64,000 nucleotides of DNA from Aplysia californica (taxonomy: Eukaryota). Positions within the stretch are counted from its first letter, which is position 1, and every line of letters starts with the position of its first letter. Where the stretch lies: assembly GCF_000002075.1 (NCBI RefSeq), contig NW_004797365.1:63195-127194 (forward strand). The letters are read 5' to 3'. Below the pieces are notes generated by a model. It ran no database searches and had not been told where the DNA came from. It saw nothing but the letters and a program-made list of their open reading frames with translations. Shown in pieces: positions 13,783 through 28,539 of the stretch. A program made the translations under genes and the position numbers.

Positions 13783-15075
13783 ATGACTATGCATCCAGTA
13801 GAAGAGATGAGCGCATCCCAAGGAAGACAAAGTTCTGAATGTGGCTTAGCAAAGTCTTGCCAATCGAGCGTGGCTGAACATGTGTTTGGAGACTATAGTG
13901 CTAATGACATTTCTACCCCTGATAGGTCTGTTGCTCTGTCTTGGCCGCAAAAGAGATACTCAGCAGAAAACAACTCCTTTGGGAGTGATTTTGATTCCGT
14001 CGATGTTAGCAAAGTGAGAAGTAATGTCTACAGCTTTGTGGCCATGAACGATTTGAGCTGTCAAAGAAACAGGCCTGAAAATCTGATAAGCTCCAACAAC
14101 GAAAACGCAGAAACTATTTTCGCTGTGAATCGGAACAACTGTAGTAGTAACTGCAGCAATACCAGCAACAGCAGCGATATGAGCAACAGCAACAATAGAT
14201 GCTATGAGCACATGAAAAGTCCTGAGATCTCTCCGCCTTCGTTCTTCGACTTTGGTGTTCAGTACTCACGATGCGCCAGCACCGCTCAGTGTTGGCGGTC
14301 GAGCGGGGAAGACCACGACACCAACGTTTACGACAAAAATGGATACGCTGATTTGACCGTCGCTCGATGCGACCATAACATGCCTTTCTCTCCACTGTCA
14401 AATTCCCCGAGGAGCTTCGACATCCTGACTGGCAAGGGTAAACCACCAAAAACCTACGAAGCGTCACGTATTGGAGCGACTGAACGAGAAAGGACTCGTA
14501 TGCATATGCTTAACGACGCTTTCGACGAACTCCGTAAAGTGGTGCCGAAATCGAACTTGAGCGAGCACCAGAAACTGTCGAAAATCGCCACTCTAAGACT
14601 TGCGATCCATTACATTTCAGCTCTCGGCGCTACTCTCAAAGCGATTGGTGCGGACATTCGACTGGTCAAAGCTGTGGGTGTTTGTGACAGGCGAGGAAGG
14701 AGACGAGGACGAGGTGGCCGAAGAAAAAGATTGGCCCTTGAACACGTCCTTCCGTGTCCAACAGTGACCATGGCAAGGAATGATATGCCGGCTGGGGCAG
14801 GGTATTACCAACAACATGTCCATCACCACCAGCAAAAACTGGGGTTTAGTAATCAGCATTCTAGCTCCCAGCACCATTACCAACGCCACATCTTCCACTC
14901 GTGTCACCAGCAACAACAACACCGCCAACAGGAGCAACAGCGACAGCAGTATAGCGCAGACCAGCAGTCGCAGTACTTTGCCTACAGTGATGTTTTTCAA
15001 GGACTAGATAGGCATAATGGGTGTTCAGGACTTGACAATTCAAATGTTTACTCACAACTTGTGTGCTCCTCGTGA
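13783..15075 (+). CDS. Single-exon class A (atonal/twist superfamily-like) bHLH transcription factor, 430 aa; family unassigned
   Basis: Longest clean ORF in the window. bHLH domain at ~14467-14640: [53 protein letters not shown], with the RERxR basic region, LNxAFxxLR helix 1 and KLSKIxTLRLAIxYI helix 2. Ser/Asn-rich N-terminus, [14 protein letters not shown] basic cluster, His/Gln-rich C-terminus. The start codon is assumed to be the first ATG. Confidence 0.93.
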   Translation: MTMHPVEEMSASQGRQSSECGLAKSCQSSVAEHVFGDYSANDISTPDRSVALSWPQKRYSAENNSFGSDFDSVDVSKVRSNVYSFVAMNDLSCQRNRPENLISSNNENAETIFAVNRNNCSSNCSNTSNSSDMSNSNNRCYEHMKSPEISPPSFFDFGVQYSRCASTAQCWRSSGEDHDTNVYDKNGYADLTVARCDHNMPFSPLSNSPRSFDILTGKGKPPKTYEASRIGATERERTRMHMLNDAFDELRKVVPKSNLSEHQKLSKIATLRLAIHYISALGATLKAIGADIRLVKAVGVCDRRGRRRGRGGRRKRLALEHVLPCPTVTMARNDMPAGAGYYQQHVHHHQQKLGFSNQHSSSQHHYQRHIFHSCHQQQQHRQQEQQRQQYSADQQSQYFAYSDVFQGLDRHNGCSGLDNSNVYSQLVCSS

Positions 15076-16190
15076 CCATAGTAATTGTATAACGTGGAAG
15101 GTGTCAAACCAACGATGGATTCTGAGTAGAAAGCTTACATAGCTATCTAGTAAATGTCTATCTTCGAAGAATTGTGGACACATGATGACCTTTGTGATAT
15201 GAAGACTACACTCGTTTATCGTTTCCAAACATAGAGAATGGAGTCAATTCTGATATATATGGATAATAAACCGAAGAAACAGACTTGCGGTCGGGCTAAA
15301 CATTTTCACTTGGGCACAGGAGGGTGCGCAAAGACAACGCCAGATCCAGCCCAAAGTGTTCTTTCAACAGTAACTCTTCCTTCTAACCATTTCTCTTGCA
15401 CTATTCTCTCTATCCCCCTTCAAATGTATCAATATGCCTGTGCTGTTGACAGAGTGGTAGAACTAATGCAAAAACACCAGACCCCATATTCAAGTCCTCT
15501 AATGCTTTTGATCTTGACATTTTTCTATAACAAAGATTGTACATTGCGTAAAAAAAAAGACTAGTTCTCGGGTCTCAAATAGCCTCTTCCTGGTTTTTTT
15601 AATAGATTGTAGGCTTGACACTCGAAACCTCTGTTTAGCGCTATCTTGTAAGAACATGCGCATGATTTCTCCGAAATTATTTTCTTTTAAAAAATCCAAC
15701 TAGTTAATTTATCATTACATTTACATTTTCTTTCTTAACGACATGGGGATTTCTTATACTATTTTCCAGCCGTTCCCGGGTGTCTAGTTTCAAATATTGT
15801 AAATCTGAGGAGAAATAATTGGTAATACATTACGGATGCTCGGGTGAAACACATTCTTAGTGCATGGTGGAAACCAATAATGTTTGGTCTTCTCGAAAGT
15901 TACAACGATTAATCTTCTTTCTAAAAGTTCTATGATCATTTTGATCAGCACAAAAACTCAGATTCCCCTTTCTCATCCACGTTTTTTTTTCCTCACATAC
16001 TTTTGGGTTTTACAAGTTGCTTGACCTTTATTTCTCTTTGAATGCTCCGTTTGTTTATATTTCTAATGTTGTCCTTACTTTTATAAGACCAGTTATTATA
16101 TACCTTGAAAATTGTGTTTCTTAAGATTATATTATTATGTGTTTTATGTAAGTACTTTATGTGCAAGTATATAATAATATAATGATGTGT

Positions 16191-16192
<2 letters not shown>

Positions 16193-16223
<31 letters not shown>

Positions 16224-16323
16224 NNNNNNNNNNNNNNNNNNNNNNNNNNNNNNNNNNNNNNNNNNNNNNNNNNNNNNNNNNNNNNNNNNNNNNNNNNNNN
16301 NNNNNNNNNNNNNNNNNNNNNNN

Positions 16324-16377
<54 letters not shown>

Positions 16378-16488
16378 TGTATGTGCGTGTGTGTCTTGGT
16401 GTATATGAGTATGGATTTTGAATTTGCAAGTCGGTGCATGTATGTATTTATGTGCGGGGTGTGCATTTGTGTGTGTGTGTGTGTGTGT
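16193..16488. repeat. (TG)n microsatellite block around an N gap
   Basis: Direct reading. Confidence 0.95.
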
Positions 16489-19400
16489 TAGCGACAGAAG
16501 TGGAGAAAAAGATGGGGGGACAGAGACAATTTGTTGTGAGTCTAAATTTTAATGTTCCTGTGAATGCGTCCGCGTATGTGTGTATGTGTTTGNNNNNNNN
16601 NNNNNNNNNNNNNNNNNNNNNNNNNNNNNNNNNNNNNNNNNNNNNNNNNNNNNNNNNNNNNNNNNNNNNNNNNNNNNNNNNNNNNNNNNNNNNNNNNNNN
16701 NNNNNNNNNNNNNNNNNNNNNNNNNNNNNNNNNNNNNNNNNNNNNNNNNNNNNACAAATGTGTCTGAAATAGGAGAAGGATGCATGTTGAATATATGTAC
16801 AATACTGAAGAACAAATAACAAGATTATTTATTTTTGTGTATGAAGGCTTTTTTCTGTTCATGCCTATTTTAACTGCACACACATGATTTGTTTGGATGT
16901 GAGTCAGTTGTTTGTACTGTCGAAATCTCTAGCTTAGCTGGGTTCGGTTGTCATTTCTCGCCACTTCAGTTACTTAAGTTCCTTTACGTTGCTTTAACTT
17001 TAATTCAACATTTCATGCATACATTAGCCTTGATTTCTTCTTCAAAACTTCATATATCAATGAGATGCATTTGCAACTGTACTATTTTTTTATGAGTAAT
17101 ATTCTTATATAATTTAGTGAACCAATTTAATCATTTTGATATCTCCGTGGGCTAGGAATGGATGATTGTACAGTATGATAAGAAAAAAGGTCGAAAGGCT
17201 AGATCTAATAAAAATGAAAACTTAAAAAAAATTTCGAGTCCTCATTCAATTGTCACTACAATACCACTCAGTTGATGGAGCCTTCCTGTTATAATTTAGT
17301 GTAATAAAGTTTTTTTTAAGGATTTTCTTCTCTTTGTAAATAAACATAATGTATGAATCTTCGTTGAGGTTTTTTCCTTCTTCCAAATATCTGAAGAATG
17401 TGGGTAGAGGATAAGATGTGTGTCATTATTGATGGTACTTAAATAGTCTTCTCGAGATCTTTGTCCCTGTATAAATTATAAGCTACTAACAAATCAACAT
17501 TTATTTATTATAAAGGGAAGAACAGAAATAATTTCAGCGTTCAACCAAACAGAAGAGATGTTGCAAAAATCATTGCAAGAATACAATTCAAGAAATTGAT
17601 AAAAGTTCAAACAACGTATGCTTACAGTTATTTTTTTTTTCGTTTAGTATTTCGAAGTTTGACAGTTATACTATCAATATCTCGCAAAGGCTGTAAAACG
17701 CACTGCAGGGGTCGCAGTAATCCAGTGTTACCAGCACCCAAGCATTTTGTTAGGGGTTTACGTTGTCTTAAAACCTATAGGCAATTCAAGCAGACGAATA
17801 AGTATAACTATTAATGACAACAATGGGATAAGATAAGCAAAATAAAGTGAAATAAATAATCAACCTTGTACTAATTTTTCATTAATAAATCAACAGAGAA
17901 AACAAAAGAAAACGAAAAAAACAACTTTATACTATTCTGTTTTCGGCTACTATATTCTCAACGACTGAAGCTGCATTTTTAATTGATCGCTTCAGGATAA
18001 TAAGCACTTTATCCAATCATCTAAATACATTCTTCAATTTTTATTAAAGTTCATGTTGATCCTGAGGAAGGGTCCAAACAGCACACCTCCTAAATTATCC
18101 AAATTTTGTCTGTGGGGGCATGAAATATCAACAGATAATCTGTACACATTTTTGTGTGGCATTCTATACCTATTCCAGTATATGTAGCCTATAATGTTTG
18201 AAACTGCCTCAGTTCACACCTCTTTCCTCCGTTTGACTCGTTTTAAAATACTTCTTGGCTATAATATGTGCACAATTACGACCCCTAAAACTCATCATGA
18301 CATCTGGTTCAACAAATTCAAAATACACCAGTGGACTCAAGTTTCACTTCAGTTTCGTGACAGCAGCTCTATAAATATCAGTAAATGATACTTCGTTTGT
18401 TAGATTTTCTTATTCTTCCGTTTTCTTTTAAAGATAATCAATACATGCAGATGCCTCATTTTTTCCTGTGAAAGAAACAACGACAAATGTTTGTAAATGT
18501 TTTGAGCTCCCAAAAACATTATTTATACCACAGACACCTGTGAAGTTTTGGCAGAACACAGAAATAACAAAACTCGAGAGTCAAGAACAAAAAAACAACT
18601 CCCCAAAACAATCAAAACAAAAATTAGAAAAATAAGAAAAGCAAGTGGGTCTTAATTTGTCCTTTTTTTAAATCTTACCCTTTTCATNNNNNNNNNNNNN
18701 NNNNNNNNNNNNNNNNNNNNNNNNNNNNNNNNNNNNNNNNNNNNNNNNNNNNNNNNNNNNNNNNNNNNNNNNNNNNNNNNNNNNNNNNNNNNNNNNNNNN
18801 NNNNNNNNNNNNNNNNNNNNNNNNNNNNNNNNNNNNNNNNNNNNNNNNNNNNNNNNNNNNNNNNNNNNNNNNNNNNNNNNNNNNNNNNNNNCTGGTCGCA
18901 GAGACCGTAAAGGTTGAGCGTATGTCAGCAGTAAGACATCTCGCTGAGGCACACGGAAGACGTGAGTTCGATTCCTGTGTTGGGACTTGTGTGGTTTTTG
19001 GTTTCAATTGAGCATCTCCATCTGCCTGCTGGGATGTTGTACCCCTTTCAGCCTACGCTGGCTCTGAAATGCAGGCAGAGTCAAAGCAGACCACCTCCTA
19101 AACAAATCAGAGAGTTTTTTTGTTTTTTTTCTAAAGAAGAAATCTGTTTTTCGTCAGCAGCCTCAGATGTAAATCTACAATAAACTTAATTTTTATTCTA
19201 CTGATAACCTGGCCCATCCAGTTTGATCCTTTGGCCGGCCCCCACTGGGTTTTTTTTGGGGTTTTTTTTTGGGAGGGGGGGATTTCATATCGTTTGAAGC
19301 CCTGATTTTTCCGTTAAAAGACTGCGTCCTCCGGGTGTTCACGATGATGTACGGTAAATACTTTCACGGACCTGGCCTAGATCGTCGCTGTCTGCTCATC

Positions 19401-20202
19401 AGAATCCTAACAGAACTACAGCAAAATACCACAGCTGTCTCTATAGAAAAATGAAAGAACGATTTTTTAAAATATTGGGGTTTTTTCAATGAAAAGAAAA
19501 AGGAAATAACACAGGAATGGAATTTGAAAAATATCAAAGGAAAAAATTAATTCAAATGTATATTAACATGGATGAGTTAAATTAAAAAATTGATAAGTAA
19601 TTTGTAAATTAGGAATAAGTTTGAGTCCAGAGAAGCACAGTAATTGACTGATAGCGAGCATTTAGCTTCGTCTAAAGGTACGAATTGATGATTCAATTAA
19701 AAGCTCAAGGTAAAGAGTCGTAACATTTCCTCAACGGCCAAACTTTGTTGATTAAGCTGTTCACCCATGGGTTTTTTCAAATTCTTGTCGCTCCATCGTC
19801 CCCGCTGTCAGTTTAAATAATAGGGTTCTTGCACAGTTATTTTAATCTGATCACTTTGAAATGGGACCTTGCATACAGCGGTGAAGCCATTTAATATATT
19901 TTACTAGCTGTGGTTCTTATTTGCGTACTTAAAAATTACTCTATCTTCTTCTTGAAACATCTGGTCTTTTGGAGATCTCCACGTTTGGAACTACTTCTTT
20001 TCTTTTACTTTGTTGTTTCTGTCCGTCTGTGTTGGTTTTATTCCTGTTTTAGATATACCGTTATCATATCAACGTACTATTCTTTATCCAAACCAAATTT
20101 CTCGAAACAGAACCTATGATTTCGAAGAACGAGGGTTTGGCTCTTTAAGGGGAAAACCCACCAAGATGAGATGAAGCACAGCGGGAAGGTTCAGAAGAAA
20201 TC

Positions 20203-20279
20203 TGACCCTACTTAGATTCGAACCTCGAACATCAACGCATTAAAATTAAATTCGCAACCAGCTGTAGCCTACCCCGACG
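20203..20279 (-). mobile_element. tRNA-like SINE head remnant
   Basis: Minus strand TAGGCTACAGCTGG...GGTTCGAATC. Confidence 0.5.
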
Positions 20280-21155
20280 AGCGACAGCGAGTGAGCCACT
20301 TCCCAACAAAGATCACTTTTTCTCACATGGAGCATTTACATATTTTCCCAGTGGGACGCCGAGCACCAGTGTAACCAATGACAGCGAGTTTTCTGCTTCA
20401 ACGCGTCCGGCGAGTATGTTCCCGTGAAACTGGTCTCCAGGGAGTCGCGGTGAAGTGCTGAGGAACCCAAGGCTCGTTTGCGGATACAAGAACATGTACA
20501 TGTAGATCTATACAAGATTCCCGTGGTGGTTGTGAAGGAACAGCGTGAAGCGGGGTGTGATCTTGTCAGATTTGTCGAGCCTGCTTGATCGGACCGGGTT
20601 TGTTTTTCTTTTTTTAATCTGATTGGACCCAAGCGTGCATCTCTAAACAGAATAACTTAAGAGACCGTTCGGCAAAGAAATACTTTGACATATTTTGTGA
20701 TTTGAATAACCAAAAAAAGAACAAAAAACAAAAACAAAAAACAAAACAAAAAACACAAAAAAACACCACAAAAAAAACAACTTCAACCTTATGCGGTGGT
20801 GTGGCTCATACCATAAGGCGATCTGTCGCCTTTTTCTGTTACTATGCTTAGTTCAAATCACATAGGCAGAACACTCGGGGATTTGGTCTCATGTCAGACA
20901 CTCATGTCTTTAAAACATTAGGAATCCAAAAGCTTGACTGNNNNNNNNNNNNNNNNNNNNNNNNNNNNNNNNNNNNNNNNNNNNNNNNNNNNNNNNNNNN
21001 NNNNNNNNNNNNNNNNNNNNNNNNNNNNNNNNNNNNNNNNNNNNNNNNNNNNNNNNNNNNNNNNNNNNNNNNNNNNNNNNNNNNNNNNNNNNNNNNNNNN
21101 NNNNNNNNNNNNNNNNNNNNNNNNNNNNNNNNNNNNNNNNNNNNNNNNNNNNNNN

Positions 21156-21502
21156 TTGTTATAATTATTGTTATTGTTATAATTATTGTTATTGTTATTG
21201 TTATTGTATATTGTNNNNNNNNNNNNNNNNNNNNNNNNNNNNNNNNNNNNNNNNNNNNNNNNNNNNNNNNNNNNNNNNNNNNNNNNNNNNNNNNNNNNNN
21301 NNNNNNNNNNNNNNNNNNNNNNNNNNNNNNNNNNNNNNNNNNNNNNNNNNNNNNNNNNNNNNNNNNNNNNNNNNNNNNNNNNNNNNNNNNNNNNNNNNNN
21401 NNNNNAATTTGAATGATGATAACAACGATGGTGATGATGATTATGTTATCACTGTTATCAATTGCATTATTGTCGCCTTAATAATAACAATGATTTTTAT
21501 AA

Positions 21503-21549
<47 letters not shown>

Positions 21550-21648
21550 AATCATTATTATTATTAAAATCATTATTATTATTGTTATTATTTTCATTGT
21601 TACTATTATTGTTATCATTATCATTATTATTAGACTCTATCATTATTG

Positions 21649-21706
<58 letters not shown>

Positions 21707-21715
21707 CATTATCAT
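21156..21715. repeat. (TTA)n / (TTG)n low-complexity block
   Basis: Direct reading; partly N. Confidence 0.95.
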
Positions 21716-23995
21716 GATTACCTTCATTGATAATTCGTGGTAGGCTAAAGCAAAGAGCCTCGGGCTCCGAGCGCTCTCGTATACAGCTGTTTGTTACTTT
21801 TTGGTGCTTCCCCGGAACCACAGTAACCTCGACCCCTGTATAAGAGAATCATAGTAATTCATGTCGCCCAAACAGACCCCCCCCCAAAAAAAAAAACCCC
21901 AAACCCCCCCCCCCCCAAAAAAAAATAAAATAAAATAAAATAAATAAATAAACAAATAAATAAATAAATAAATAAATAAAATAAAAACAAATATTATATT
22001 TGTTTCAGCAAATCGGACCCGACCAAGTCTGTTAAGAGAAATCTTATTCTAACGGCTGTCGCCATGATACGGGTTCCGCAAAATCAGAGCATGAGTGTAC
22101 ATTTCATCTAAGTCAGAGGTTCCCATACCCAAACCCATGATCTAAATACGGGTGGCTATGGAATACTCTGGGAGTGGTAGCGAGATTTTGGTGTAACGTA
22201 TTCGGGAGATTTAGCCAGTACAGAAAATTGTTTAATACAAGCAGCCAATATTATGATGATAATGCCAAGACATAATTTCATTGTGAGATTCGCTACGCTA
22301 AAAGTAAAAGTCTCCACGTTTGGGGACCGTGCCTTCCCCCTTCCTCTTTTCTCCTACCCCTTCTCCCTCCTCCTCCTCCTCCCCCCTCCTCATTAATTCT
22401 CNNNNNNNNNNNNNNNNNNNNNNNNNNNNNNNNNNNNNNNNNNNNNNNNNNNNNNNNNNNNNNNNNNNNNNNNNNNNNNNNNNNNNNNNNNNNNNNNNNN
22501 NNNNNNNNNNNNNNNNNNNNNNNNNNNNNNNNNNNNNNNNNNNNNNNNNNNNNNNNNNNNNNNNNNNNNNNNNAACTTTTAGAGCGTGCAGATGTAAGCT
22601 GACAATTAATTTAAAAACAAGTGCATTACATTGTTGGTAACAAAAGTTTTAAAGCGAAAATAAATGACCTTACATACAAACTGAGTGAGCAAGATGTTAA
22701 ATCATAAACGTCCATCCAATGGTCACTTTCTGCTCAGCCTCTTTCATTATAGGCCTAGATATTGATTTTAGATTCGGCACGGTATATCTATAACGACACA
22801 AGTAACACAGTTAAGAAGAATACCCTGACTCCAACGACGGCAGCTTTCATCTCTGCCCACCAAGAGACCACCTGGGTCAACAGCACGTCCCATTAAACGT
22901 CTCTCTACATGTATAACGATGTGGCGTCCAAACCCATCTGCAGATTCTCGTAATGCTCATTGAGAAGGTACTTTTTCAATATTTACATTTTGAAAATAGA
23001 TCATGTCAACGATCTAAATCTGATTTTTCCACCATTTTATTGGCATTGAGAAATGTTATACTTTAATAATTATTTCTATTGTAAGGTCTGTCCTATTGAA
23101 ACACTCTCTTTAATGACTTTGGTTATTTCACGATCTCAGCCAACGGCCCACCCTTTTCCTTGTTTGCGAACATCATGGCGGTCCACTGGTTCCTTCCCAC
23201 GCGCAGTTTCGCACATTTAAATACAAAATTCCCTACAGGTTTGAGTGTCGAGACGACTCCCACTCCCACGACCCTTCACTCCTAGTGACGAAGAAAACAG
23301 AAACACAACTTTATATCAAACTGAAAAACTGTGGGAACAAGAAACAAGCCACAGAAAAAATTCTACCTTTATGAATTTAATCTAGAGTATGGGATTATCG
23401 TCGTCTATTGCAGCTGCTGTTCCTGCAACGTGGACTCAAAACCAAACCTTGAGAAATATCGGACCTAATTTGTTACCACTTTTTGGTTATGTGCATGTAA
23501 TATTTTTTTTCCAATATTAGATTTTATATGCCTTTTAAATATGTTAGTCCGAAGCAAACTGTGTTCCCTGATTTACACAAGATTTGTAGGCCTACTTTCA
23601 AAGATAGATCTACCGGTAACCAAAATTTAGGGGTTTGGATATCCCAAACAGGAACTGCCTTAAATTACGATTTCAGTCAGCTCCACTTTGAGGGATCCAA
23701 GCCCCATGTGCAACATTTTTGGTGTCTTTGTATGTACAATCAAATCAATAACGGTTCCTCTTAGAGGTATCCCACTAGATAAAAAAAATGCGAGGCTTGG
23801 CAGACGATTATATGGCAGTACGCATTATACAGCCTTGTTTTGGGTGGTAGACATGGAGGGAGTAGACTGCCCAAGTGTTACTTCCCTCTCCTTCAGATCT
23901 TGACTTCCTCCAAAGAATAGACATCGTAAATACTTTCGGAATCAAGGAAGGTGTAAGAGTGTGTCTATTATTGTTTTACATGGGTGATAGAAACA

Positions 23996-24165
23996 TTTTT
24001 ATGGTAGGGAAATTTTGAATTTGCGGGCTAAAGGCCTACTCTTCTACGATTTTCTAATACCAAGGAATCTTCAACGAACGCAGCTTGCACACGGAACGAG
24101 ATTTTTCGTCCCAGGTTATGGGCTCTATCTTACCTACCTCAAGATTAGGGGTGTGGAGATTAAAG
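23996..24165 (-). mobile_element. Headless, diverged copy of the 48-kb SINE family
   Basis: Collinear similarity with 48070-48250 (GCCTACTCTT...CCAAGG...CTTGCACACGG...GAGATTTTTCG...AGGGGTGTGG). Confidence 0.75.
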
Positions 24166-25457
24166 GTGGGGGATGGGGGGTTGTTTTGTTTTTTCCTCCT
24201 TTTGTGTCTTTTTTAACTCAGGAAGAGAAAGATGGGGTAAAAATAAAAGTAGGAGAAAGAAGTAGCAGAAAAAGAAGAAAAGGAGCACAGGAAGGAGAGA
24301 AAATTGGACATGCCGGCATGGTAAGGTTAGCATGAAAGGCAAGCACTGTACCTCAAGGCCACATTCCCTCCTTGGGGTATCCTCTCCCAAAAAGCTAGGT
24401 TTCATGATCCCAAACGTGATGAAACTATACCCAAGCACTATGTCTTCATATGTACCATGGAGTTCTTCGCCGTTCTGACGATACACGTTTGAATGATTCA
24501 ATACAGGCCCACTTCTATTGTAGCGGAATGGTAAAGAGCATAATTTAACTAAAAAAGGAAACTCTCAGAAATTAGAGACAGCTATATAAATTCTAGATCT
24601 ATGGCGGATTTTGTCCGGCATGTGGACAATACGTTTTTGCCTGGACATGAAATGTGACGTAAGTACATCGTTCAAAGGAGCACAGGAAACAAAATGTTTA
24701 ATGTCCCCTTCAAAGTCAAGATAGCTAAAGTCACTAAACTCTCAATGGTCCAACTGAGGGGCTAGAGCGGGATCAACTAACTGGATGTACCACTCAGATG
24801 TTGAACGTTACTCGAAGTCGAAGCGAACGTATGCCTGGGCAGTACAAGATGGTCAGGGTGGTGTGGATGTGAATCCCACCAATGTTTGAGAGGGTGTCCG
24901 AGTGGCGCTTCGGCCCATAAACCTTCTAGCGTAGCCAGAAGTGTGACATTAATTTGACCAATTCCTGTCGCCCTGATCCTACGGCCAGCCGAGAAAACAA
25001 TTCCTCGAACTACCCGAATCGTTGCTACATGCACAAAAGGGATGACATTGGCTGATTGTGCCAGTCACTAGACGCTCAGAGTAGAGCGTTATGCGATGGG
25101 CGGGGACTAAGGGTGGAAACAAGGAGGCGTTCAAGCGTTTCTGTTTTTATTGGTCAAACAATGGTCCCACAAGAAGATGCAAGCATTGGGGGCAACTGAA
25201 GAGTAAGACTTGCGCATGTCGTTATCAGAGAGGCTAGGATAGCACTTGGGAGGTGTGAAGTATTGACCACAGCTTGTCGACCCAACAGACAGCCGTTGAT
25301 CACACCGACTGGACTTCTGGAACCCCCCCCCCCCACCCCCTTCCCCTGTCCAAGTCGGAAAATGTCTTAGAGTCACTAAGACTTAATATTTTTCTGGCTC
25401 CCTTGCGATTCCATCAAAGTCAGTTTCTGTATCAGAGTGTAAGAGTGTATGTATCTG

Positions 25458-25465
25458 TATATACA

Positions 25466-25530
<65 letters not shown>
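25458..25530. repeat. (TA)n microsatellite
   Basis: Direct reading. Confidence 0.95.
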
Positions 25531-25534
<4 letters not shown>

Positions 25535-26299
25535 CCGCCACATCAATATGTTCAACATGTATAGATACCCTAATATGTTATATTTGATGTATAACTTTTT
25601 TTTTTAACAACAACCACGTCGACGACACCGACAACAGCAACAACAACAATACAAAAATCAAAATAAAACAAACACAAGGTCAATTTGTATTCTTTTCTTT
25701 TTCCCTCAGTCCCTCTTCCCACTTTCTTCCGGTTTATTGGCGCCCATTCTGCTGTTTAATTTGTTGGTGATAAAAACAAGATAAAAACAAATCGCTCTGT
25801 TTAATGTTCCTATATTTTTGCATGCGAGTCTAAAAGTTGGATGACCAACAAAATCTAGGAGCTCGTTATGAATGTCTTCTTAGAGGTTAGTCTAAAGCGG
25901 GTCAAAAATACATGTAGGAGATATACAGCAGACAGCTAAAACATAAAAACGTCTTCTTTTTCTTTCATCACTATCGTGACATTAGTGAGCTCAGATACTG
26001 AACGCTTCGCCAATAATTTTGGAAATGGTGAGGAGAAAGAAAAAAAATCTATTATGTAGATCTACATGAATATCTGAATTAGGAGAAGCTAAAGCTGATG
26101 TCACAGAAAAAAATTTATCCATTATTGGTCATGAGCTGCTAGTCATTTTGAGCGACTTTTTGTAAAAGAACAAGGACCGCAAGTGACAGCAGTCAGACAG
26201 GGTAAGGACCTTGACAGAGCTACAGTTGTCGCGCAGTAAATCCTGCGCAGAAAGTGGCGCTTATTTATGTGTGGCAGCCACAGGGGGGGGGCGGGGCGA

Positions 26300-26562
26300 C
26301 GATGCACGCTTCTGCTCAGTTCAACTTGGACGATCGGAGAGTCAGGGTGGCTTTGGTCTTGGTGATGAGAAGAATCTTTCCAAAAAAAAAGGAAAAAAAA
26401 AATTTGGTTCGTTCCACTGTTTCTCACAGATTACTAAGAGGGCAGTTTTACACCTTATATGAAGAACTTGAAAAAGATGAGTCCAAATTCTTCAATTACT
26501 TTCGTATGTGCCAAATGATGTTTCTGCTCTTTATTTCCAAAATCAAACGCTCTGTTTCGTGA
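26300..26562 (+). mobile_element. PIF/Harbinger transposase N-terminal fragment
   Basis: RLLRGQFYTLYEELEKDESKFFNYFRM is the typical HARBI1/ALP1-like N-terminal motif ending F..YFRM. It is frameshifted upstream and no catalytic domain follows. Confidence 0.75.
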
Positions 26563-28539
26563 TAAGAAGACTTGGTTGCACTGGGAATACTGTCGTGTTT
26601 AACCAAACGGCCTGGGGTCATTTTGTACCCCCGGGGTTGCATTCTTCCCATTTTAGAATATTTCTAGTACGAAGATCTCTTTGAAACTTTCAGTATTTCG
26701 CAAAAAATCATTTTGACACACTGCTATGCAAAGCTTACGGATCGGATTAACGAGTAAATTTATTCTTTGGAAAGTGGTGGCTCAGAGTTCCCCACGTCGT
26801 ATGGATACGGTAGTAAAACACGACGTACGGATAGGGTTAATGAGAAGCGAGAAAAAACACCACTATTGCAGGAATGCGCCGGCAGTATCTCGTGTGCCCG
26901 CGTCCCTTGAACTGTGTACTTCACCAAAACGCTAGTGTATCGCTGTGTAGAAGAATGTGGGCGACACACGTCTGATACGCCAGTGCTGAAAATAACGCCT
27001 GTACTTTGTGTGACCGCTCCCATCGTCTACAGTCTACAGTGTACTACCAGACTGTGCAGTAATTCCAGCTGCGTTTTTTACATCTCGTCTGTCAAGGCCC
27101 TAACTCATGCATCCTTTGCCGTGTGGTGAAGGTCACGAGCCTGGCTGAACAGTGAATTGCAGTCCTATCAAAAATTTTATTTAAAAAAGATAACTGGCAA
27201 CAGGCCGCTGAGCCGTTCTCTGTATGAATCATGCCGGTACTAGTACGTGCCGCTCTTCGCGCAATGCACTGGATCATCTTTATTGTGTCTTCTGTTTGCC
27301 ATTCCCAAAGCTTGGCGCCAGAACGGGAAGGTGAAACATCTCTTACTGGAGAACTAGAAGCAGGCAAGGTTGGGGGAGACGCATAAGACATACACAAGTG
27401 ATCGGTCGTATGAAAGAAAATCATAATGGCTGTTTTATGATGCCAAAAACACAAACAAAACGCTCGTAATCTGTAAGAACACGAGCAGCCAAGATTGGCT
27501 TTTTTACGTTTTAAAATGGGGTGCGATATTCGTTTTTCACTTCATTTGTTGCATAATACGATAAACTTACTGGGAGCATAAACACGAATGGTCCTTGCTA
27601 ATGGTAGCGTCACCACAAAGGGAAAAATCTCATTAATAATTTTAGCATCATTACCTGCTGTTTTCTTGATTGTGCCATGTCAAACATCAGGCATACATTT
27701 TTTTTTCTTAAAAAAACAAAACTAAATGACACCGTTTGAAGTAGGTCTCTGCTTTATAAAGTAGGCCCTTTACTTTATTGTTTACATTATATCAGTTCTT
27801 TAGAAGGAGGGGTTTCCGATTCAGCACCCAAATCTGAGAGGATCGGTCCAAATAGGAGGAAAGTCTTGAAAAAACCCCAAGCATCCTTTGTTCAACAACG
27901 TCCAGTTGGAGGTTCAAACCAAGGTCGTCCACACCAAAGCGAAATATAATAAAATACCAAGTTAGCTTACTGAGCACCAAAGGAGAGAGGGAGAGAGAGT
28001 GGGAGTGAAAGAGAGAGAGAGGGGGAGAGGGAGGAGGAGGGGGGGGTGTAAAGAGATAAAGAGTATTGCTATTTCGTGTCTAATCGTATGCTGAACCAAG
28101 AATCAAATATCATATTATACTGAACGCCAATAAAAACGCAACGTTTTTAAAAGGCTATATAAGTAAGCCAAATATGCTTTGATCGCCACGATTTTAGAGA
28201 CAAAGGTAAGTAGTTGTTAATTCACATGCCCATGCACAATTTTTATTTTCACGCATACTTTCATCCCAGAACAGTGACCCGTGCTTTGGTAAAAAGTGTT
28301 AAAGAGACGCAGCATTACTCACGAAAAGAATGTAATTCTCTGAGAAGATGATAAGTGGCTCTCTTCAAACTTCAAACAAACGTCCGGATATGTTTGCGAT
28401 CAGTTTTTATTTTTCTTTCATTCCAAAGACGCCTCAACTTACGAAACTGACCCAAGTTTTACCTCCGCCTAGTTTAATTATAGCGGATAATCTGCCCAAG
28501 AAGCAGCAAGACGGCTAAAATGTAGCGCGTGTATTATTT

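Noticed and set aside
13960-15079. Antisense and alternate-frame ORFs over the bHLH gene
   Set aside because: Shadow ORFs of the real CDS and its CAG/AAC repeats.
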